Shown: piece by piece, positions 60,221 through 64,000 of the stretch
Position numbering within the stretch: position 1 is the first letter of the stretch
Layout: the number at the start of each line of letters is the position of its first letter
From: Candidatus Latescibacterota bacterium
Lineage (GTDB): Bacteria > Latescibacterota > UBA2968 > GCA-2709665
DNA length: 64,000 nt
Assembly (NCBI GenBank): GCA_965237675.1
Contig: OZ250150.1
Span: 4,768,001 to 4,832,000 of the forward strand
Direction: 5' to 3'
The notes under the pieces: generated by a model
Databases searched by the model: none
What the model was told of the DNA's origin: nothing
The model's input: only the letters and a program-made list of their open reading frames with translations
Translations under genes and position numbers: made by a program

Positions 60221-60370
60221 CCCTGAGCCTGTCGAAGGGTCGGCGAAGGGCTGGCTAAGGGGACCGAACGGGTGTCGAAACCCGGGCACTTCGACAAGCT
60301 CGTTTCGACAGGCTCAACGCAAGCAATCACCACGTTTCGGCAGGCTCAACCACCGCTTCGACAAGATCAA
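60221..60370. repeat. REP-like cluster (TTCGACAAGCTCA family)
   Basis: CCCTGAGCCTGTCGAAGGG and several TTCGACA(A/G)GCTC units, co-linear with 46497-46625. Confidence 0.75.
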
Positions 60371-60454
60371 CTTCTGCAGCGGAGGATGTAAATTATAGGT
60401 TGCACCACGTAATATGTCATCACACTTCAAATCTGATCGCACGGTGACGCTCGA

Positions 60455-61030
60455 TCACAGATCCTTGTACCAGGTCAGTTCCACCTCGTCAAGGCCCTCG
60501 GCAAGGTAGGCGTAGAGATGGACCTTGCCGAGCGTGGCTCCCATACGCGCGTAGAAGCGGCATGCGGCGACGTTTATGTTCTGCGTTTCAATTTTCAATT
60601 GTGTGCAGCCCCGGTTCCTGGCGCAGGTTTCGTCGCGGTGAAAGAGCGCTTTGCCGACGCCCCGTCCTCGATATTCCGGGCTGACGCGAATGACCCACAG
60701 GCCGGCGAGGTCTTCGCGTCCTTCGCAGTAGCCCAGACCTTCGCTATGAAACGCGACAATCGCGCCGCCGATTCGCTCCTGCTCCCGGAATGCGCCCAGA
60801 AAGATCCAGTTCGACAGGTCCCACGATCTCCGGGTCCACCGCTCGGGACCATCGGGTTGGTCGTAGTCTTTCGTATACGGTGAATCCACGGTTTCTTCGA
60901 CCAGCCTGAATCCTCCCAGGCCATTGGCGACAGGTTCGACCCGAAAACGGCTTCTCACTTCGAAGGCAATGGGTACCTGTCCGTATTCCGACAGGACATC
61001 AATGGATTCTTCTTGAATGTGGAAGTCCAT
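60455..61030 (-). CDS. GNAT acetyltransferase (streptothricin acetyltransferase-like)
   Basis: IRVSPEYRGRGVG, ETQNINVAACRFY, E..L.WY. Confidence 0.85.
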   Translation of the reverse strand: MDFHIQEESIDVLSEYGQVPIAFEVRSRFRVEPVANGLGGFRLVEETVDSPYTKDYDQPDGPERWTRRSWDLSNWIFLGAFREQERIGGAIVAFHSEGLGYCEGREDLAGLWVIRVSPEYRGRGVGKALFHRDETCARNRGCTQLKIETQNINVAACRFYARMGATLGKVHLYAYLAEGLDEVELTWYKDL

Positions 61031-61312
61031 TAGTGTTTCCGTCTCCTCGATCGCCCGCCTTAAACCGCCTCGCGGACGCGTTCCGTCAGGGCGCTACCGT
61101 TTAGTTTAGCCCATTTCGAAAAACCATCAAGCACTAAGTGGGTCAGACAAGCGTTTCATTGGCTATCGTTCCGGAGCACCCTGGACGAAAAAACGGAATA
61201 TCGGGTCAATAAACTCGATCATACATAACCTGTTAATTTCATTGCATTTTCTGAGTTCTTTGTCTATTTTCCGTCTTGCATTTTCGCACGAAATATCAAG
61301 GCATTCCTAATT

Positions 61313-62689
61313 ATGAACCGAAAAACCGCCGCCGGGCTTGTTCTCGCCATCCTCCTGCCGCTGGTCGTCATGCTGTATCCGGGCGATATCGGCACCGTGC
61401 CGCGTCTGGCACTGGCGCTCTCTCTTGCGACGATTGTCCTGTGGACCTTCGAGCCCGTCCCCCTCGAATACAGTTCGCTATTGTTGATTGTCCTGTTCCC
61501 TATCCTGGACGTACTCCCGTTTGAAACCGCCTTCGGGCCCTTCTCCAGCAAAACGGTCTGGCTCATCTTCGCCGGCATGGCGCTCAGCCTGAGCATCACC
61601 GAAACTCCGCTGGGGGCACGAATCTCCAGCCTGGTTCTGGGGCGCATCGGCAGCCTGAACGGACTCATCCTTGCCCTCCACGTCCTGGGCATGCTCTCCG
61701 CGCTTCTCATCCCCTCGGGCGTCGTGCGGATTCTGATCCTTATGCCCCTCATTATCACCCTGCTTCGGACACTCGGCGAACCGCCAGGATCCAGGGTGAG
61801 TGCGGCGCTGATTCTCTCTCTGGCCTGTTCTACCTACTACGGCGGCACCGGGGTCCTTACCGCTTCGGTGCCCAGCCTGATCGTCTTCGGCGTTCTGGAA
61901 TCCCGCGACATCACCGTTTACTGGGGCCAGTGGACGCTGTATCTCTTTCCCATATTCTCCCTCTGCCGGGTCGCGTGCTGTTACCTGCTGATCCGCCTGT
62001 TGTTGCCCCTGCGAGGTGAATCCCGCATCCGGACGAAGCTCGATGTCGAAACCGAAGTCCCCGATAGCATCACGCCCGCAGAGAAAAAAACCCTTTGCAT
62101 CCTGCTCGCGGGGGTATTGCTGTGGGCGACCGACGCGCTACACGGCATCCATCCAACCTACGTGGGTCTGGCGCTGGTCCTGGCCTGTTATCTCCCCGGA
62201 TGGGGACCCTTGCACCCGGATTTGCTGAAAAAGATCAATTTCCCCCTGCTCATCTACATCGCAGCGGCGTTCTCCGTCGGACACGCCCTCGAAACCACCG
62301 GCTTCAGCCCCCTGCTCGCCGATCTGTTTACGGACTGGCTTGGTCGTTTCGACGGTAGTCTGCTCACCCAACTCGGTCTGCTCTCCGCCTTCATCCTGCC
62401 CTTCAATTTTCTGGCGGATACAGCCGCGGTTGCCGCCATCCTCACCCCGGTGCTCCTGGACGTTGCCGCCCAGACCGGCATGGCTCCGCTTCCAGCCGCC
62501 CTCTGTATGGCCATTGTTGCAAGCTGCGGCTTCTTTCCGTACCAGGCGGCGCCATTCATCCTGGCCTACAGCTTTCGCTACGTGCATATGGGCCAGTTCA
62601 TCCGTCTCATGGTTCTCCTCGCCCTGGTCTCGCTCCTGTTTCTCATACCGCTCAACTTCCTCTATTGGCGACTCATCGGACTAATCTGA
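61313..62689 (+). CDS. SLC13/DASS family anion permease
   Basis: W.FEPVP, LIPS...R, G.G.LTA, PYQ.AP; many TM helices. Confidence 0.85.
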   Translation: MNRKTAAGLVLAILLPLVVMLYPGDIGTVPRLALALSLATIVLWTFEPVPLEYSSLLLIVLFPILDVLPFETAFGPFSSKTVWLIFAGMALSLSITETPLGARISSLVLGRIGSLNGLILALHVLGMLSALLIPSGVVRILILMPLIITLLRTLGEPPGSRVSAALILSLACSTYYGGTGVLTASVPSLIVFGVLESRDITVYWGQWTLYLFPIFSLCRVACCYLLIRLLLPLRGESRIRTKLDVETEVPDSITPAEKKTLCILLAGVLLWATDALHGIHPTYVGLALVLACYLPGWGPLHPDLLKKINFPLLIYIAAAFSVGHALETTGFSPLLADLFTDWLGRFDGSLLTQLGLLSAFILPFNFLADTAAVAAILTPVLLDVAAQTGMAPLPAALCMAIVASCGFFPYQAAPFILAYSFRYVHMGQFIRLMVLLALVSLLFLIPLNFLYWRLIGLI

Positions 62690-62693
62690 CCAG

Positions 62694-62821
62694 GTGTCCC
62701 GTCCCCGAAATATGTCACCATTCTTCCCTGTCTGCGTGCGTGAGGCTGCACGCACAGGCAGGCGCCGGTCCATCCCGTCTCGGCGGCCGAATTTCGGCAA
62801 TCTATTTCCAGGACAGAACAC
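62694..62821. repeat. MITE-like repeat (copy B, 128 bp, no insert)
   Basis: GTGTCCCGTCCCCGAAATA ... TATTTCCAGGACAGAACAC ends; internal hairpin CCTGTCTGCGTGCG..GCACGCACAGGCAGG. Confidence 0.8.
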
Positions 62822-62891
62822 CAGCAGGTCAAGGCACCGCTGTTCCTTCGGCCCTCGAGCTACGGCAATCCCGTCACATTCCCTTTAGCGC

Positions 62892-62920
62892 TTGACAAGC
62901 CCCGGATGTACGGGTACCAT
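62892..62920 (+). promoter_or_regulatory. Sigma-70-type promoter
   Basis: TTGACA-17-TACCAT upstream of the iorA-like gene. Confidence 0.6.
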
Positions 62921-62965
62921 CGTAATTCCGACTGCAATAATGCCAATTCATAACGGAGAGCCCGG

Positions 62966-64000
62966 ATGAGTGCATTGCGAATCAACGGAGACACGGCTTT
63001 GGCCTGGGGCGCGATCGAGGCCGGTGTCGCCTGCGTTACCGGATATCCCGGTTCGCCCGGTACCGGCACGTTTAGCGCGCTCGCCGACACGGCGGCCGAA
63101 TATGGTCACGAAGCCGAGTGGTGTCTGAACGAACGCATCGCCCTGGACATCGCTGCGGGCGTCTCCCAGGGTGGCCGACGGGTGCTCGTGTGCACCAAGA
63201 GCGTGGGCATGAACGTGGCTTTGGACACGTTAATGGTCCTGAATATGACCGGCGTACACGCCGGCCTGGTGATCCTTATGGGCGACGATCCCGGCGCGTG
63301 GGGTTCGCAGAACGAGCAGGACGGGCGCTTCTTCAGCCCACTTGCGGAAATCCCGATGCTGGAACCCGCAACTCCGGCCGAGGGCCGGAAAATGATGCGC
63401 TGGGCTTTCGACTTCTCTGAGTCGTTCCGAACGGCCGTCATCCTGCGCATCACCCGGAGCTTCAGCGTCTGTGCGGCCGACCAACCGGCCATCGACAGGC
63501 CCCAGTCACTGCCGGCGTTGGCACCGGACAGGGAACCGATGCGCTGGATCTCGTCCCTGTCCAACTGTATACCCAACCATCAAAGACTCCATCGAAATCT
63601 CCAGTCCATCGCGGAAAAATTCGAAGACATCCCGTTCAACCACGTGGAGGGCTTCGGAGAGATGGGCGTCATCGCATCCGGATTTGGCCACAATAAACTT
63701 CAGGACGCGCTTGAAGGGGCAGACACCTCGGACCTGAGATGTCTGAAACTCGGCGCCCTCTATCCCCTGCCCCGTGGCCTGATCGCGAATTTCCTGAAAC
63801 AATGTAAGCAGGTTCTGGTACTTGAAGAAGTGAACCCATATCTCGAAGACGGCATCAAGTCTATCGGGTACGACGCGGGCGTCACCCCGAGGGTCATCGG
63901 CAAACGAAGCGGTCATGTACCGGGAGAAGGTGAACTCTTCCGTTGGCAGATTCAGAAAGCGCTGAAGGCCTACCTGCCCGAACTGACGCCAGCGCGCATA
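62966..64000 (+). CDS. iorA: Indolepyruvate:ferredoxin oxidoreductase alpha subunit-like (runs off window end)
   Basis: Manual translation: MSALRINGDTALAWGAIEAGV..VTGYPGSPGT..EW.LNE..A..TKSVGMNVALD..GDDPGAWGSQNEQD. Confidence 0.88.
   Translation, partial: MSALRINGDTALAWGAIEAGVACVTGYPGSPGTGTFSALADTAAEYGHEAEWCLNERIALDIAAGVSQGGRRVLVCTKSVGMNVALDTLMVLNMTGVHAGLVILMGDDPGAWGSQNEQDGRFFSPLAEIPMLEPATPAEGRKMMRWAFDFSESFRTAVILRITRSFSVCAADQPAIDRPQSLPALAPDREPMRWISSLSNCIPNHQRLHRNLQSIAEKFEDIPFNHVEGFGEMGVIASGFGHNKLQDALEGADTSDLRCLKLGALYPLPRGLIANFLKQCKQVLVLEEVNPYLEDGIKSIGYDAGVTPRVIGKRSGHVPGEGELFRWQIQKALKAYLPELTPARI

Overview
GC-rich bacterial chromosomal window; gene order suggests an FCB-related lineage such as Gemmatimonadota/Latescibacterota (inference only). 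No rRNA, tRNA or CRISPR array was seen. 1-15.5 kb is a long respiratory locus: Rieske protein, split b6-type cytochrome b with a heme-ci Cys, subunit IV, membrane-anchored octaheme cytochrome c, cupredoxin-like protein, aa3-type oxidase subunits II/I/III/IV, two small membrane proteins, heme A and heme O synthases and an ABC ATPase. Beside it lie a HEAT-repeat protein and a divergent 2x[4Fe-4S] ferredoxin. The Rieske protein (2 copies) and the ferredoxin (1 copy) share a ~27-aa N-terminal peptide, a candidate docking tag. Oxidase subunit I lacks the K-channel lysine. 15.7-26.7 kb is the yggS-yggT-divIVA-mtnP-nudix-ileS-dksA-lspA-rluA cluster, interrupted by a 160-bp MITE whose right inverted repeat is split by a complete group II intron with a matching EBS1. 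27-46 kb is accessory metabolism: an RPH-like phosphotransferase, a frameshifted UxuA-like gene, an amidase / DMFase-like / amidohydrolase / transglutaminase-like cluster, oxidoreductases and glycosyltransferases. 46-64 kb holds nested short repeats, ferritin, a sigma-70 factor with a ~490-nt leader, gcvPA/PB, tandem SDRs, a HigBA-type TA module, GNATs, a beta-propeller protein, a DASS transporter and partial iorA. Several intergenic stretches look like collapsed gene remnants that keep only the start, a middle motif and the end of former genes. All calls come from reading motifs by eye; no database searches were run.
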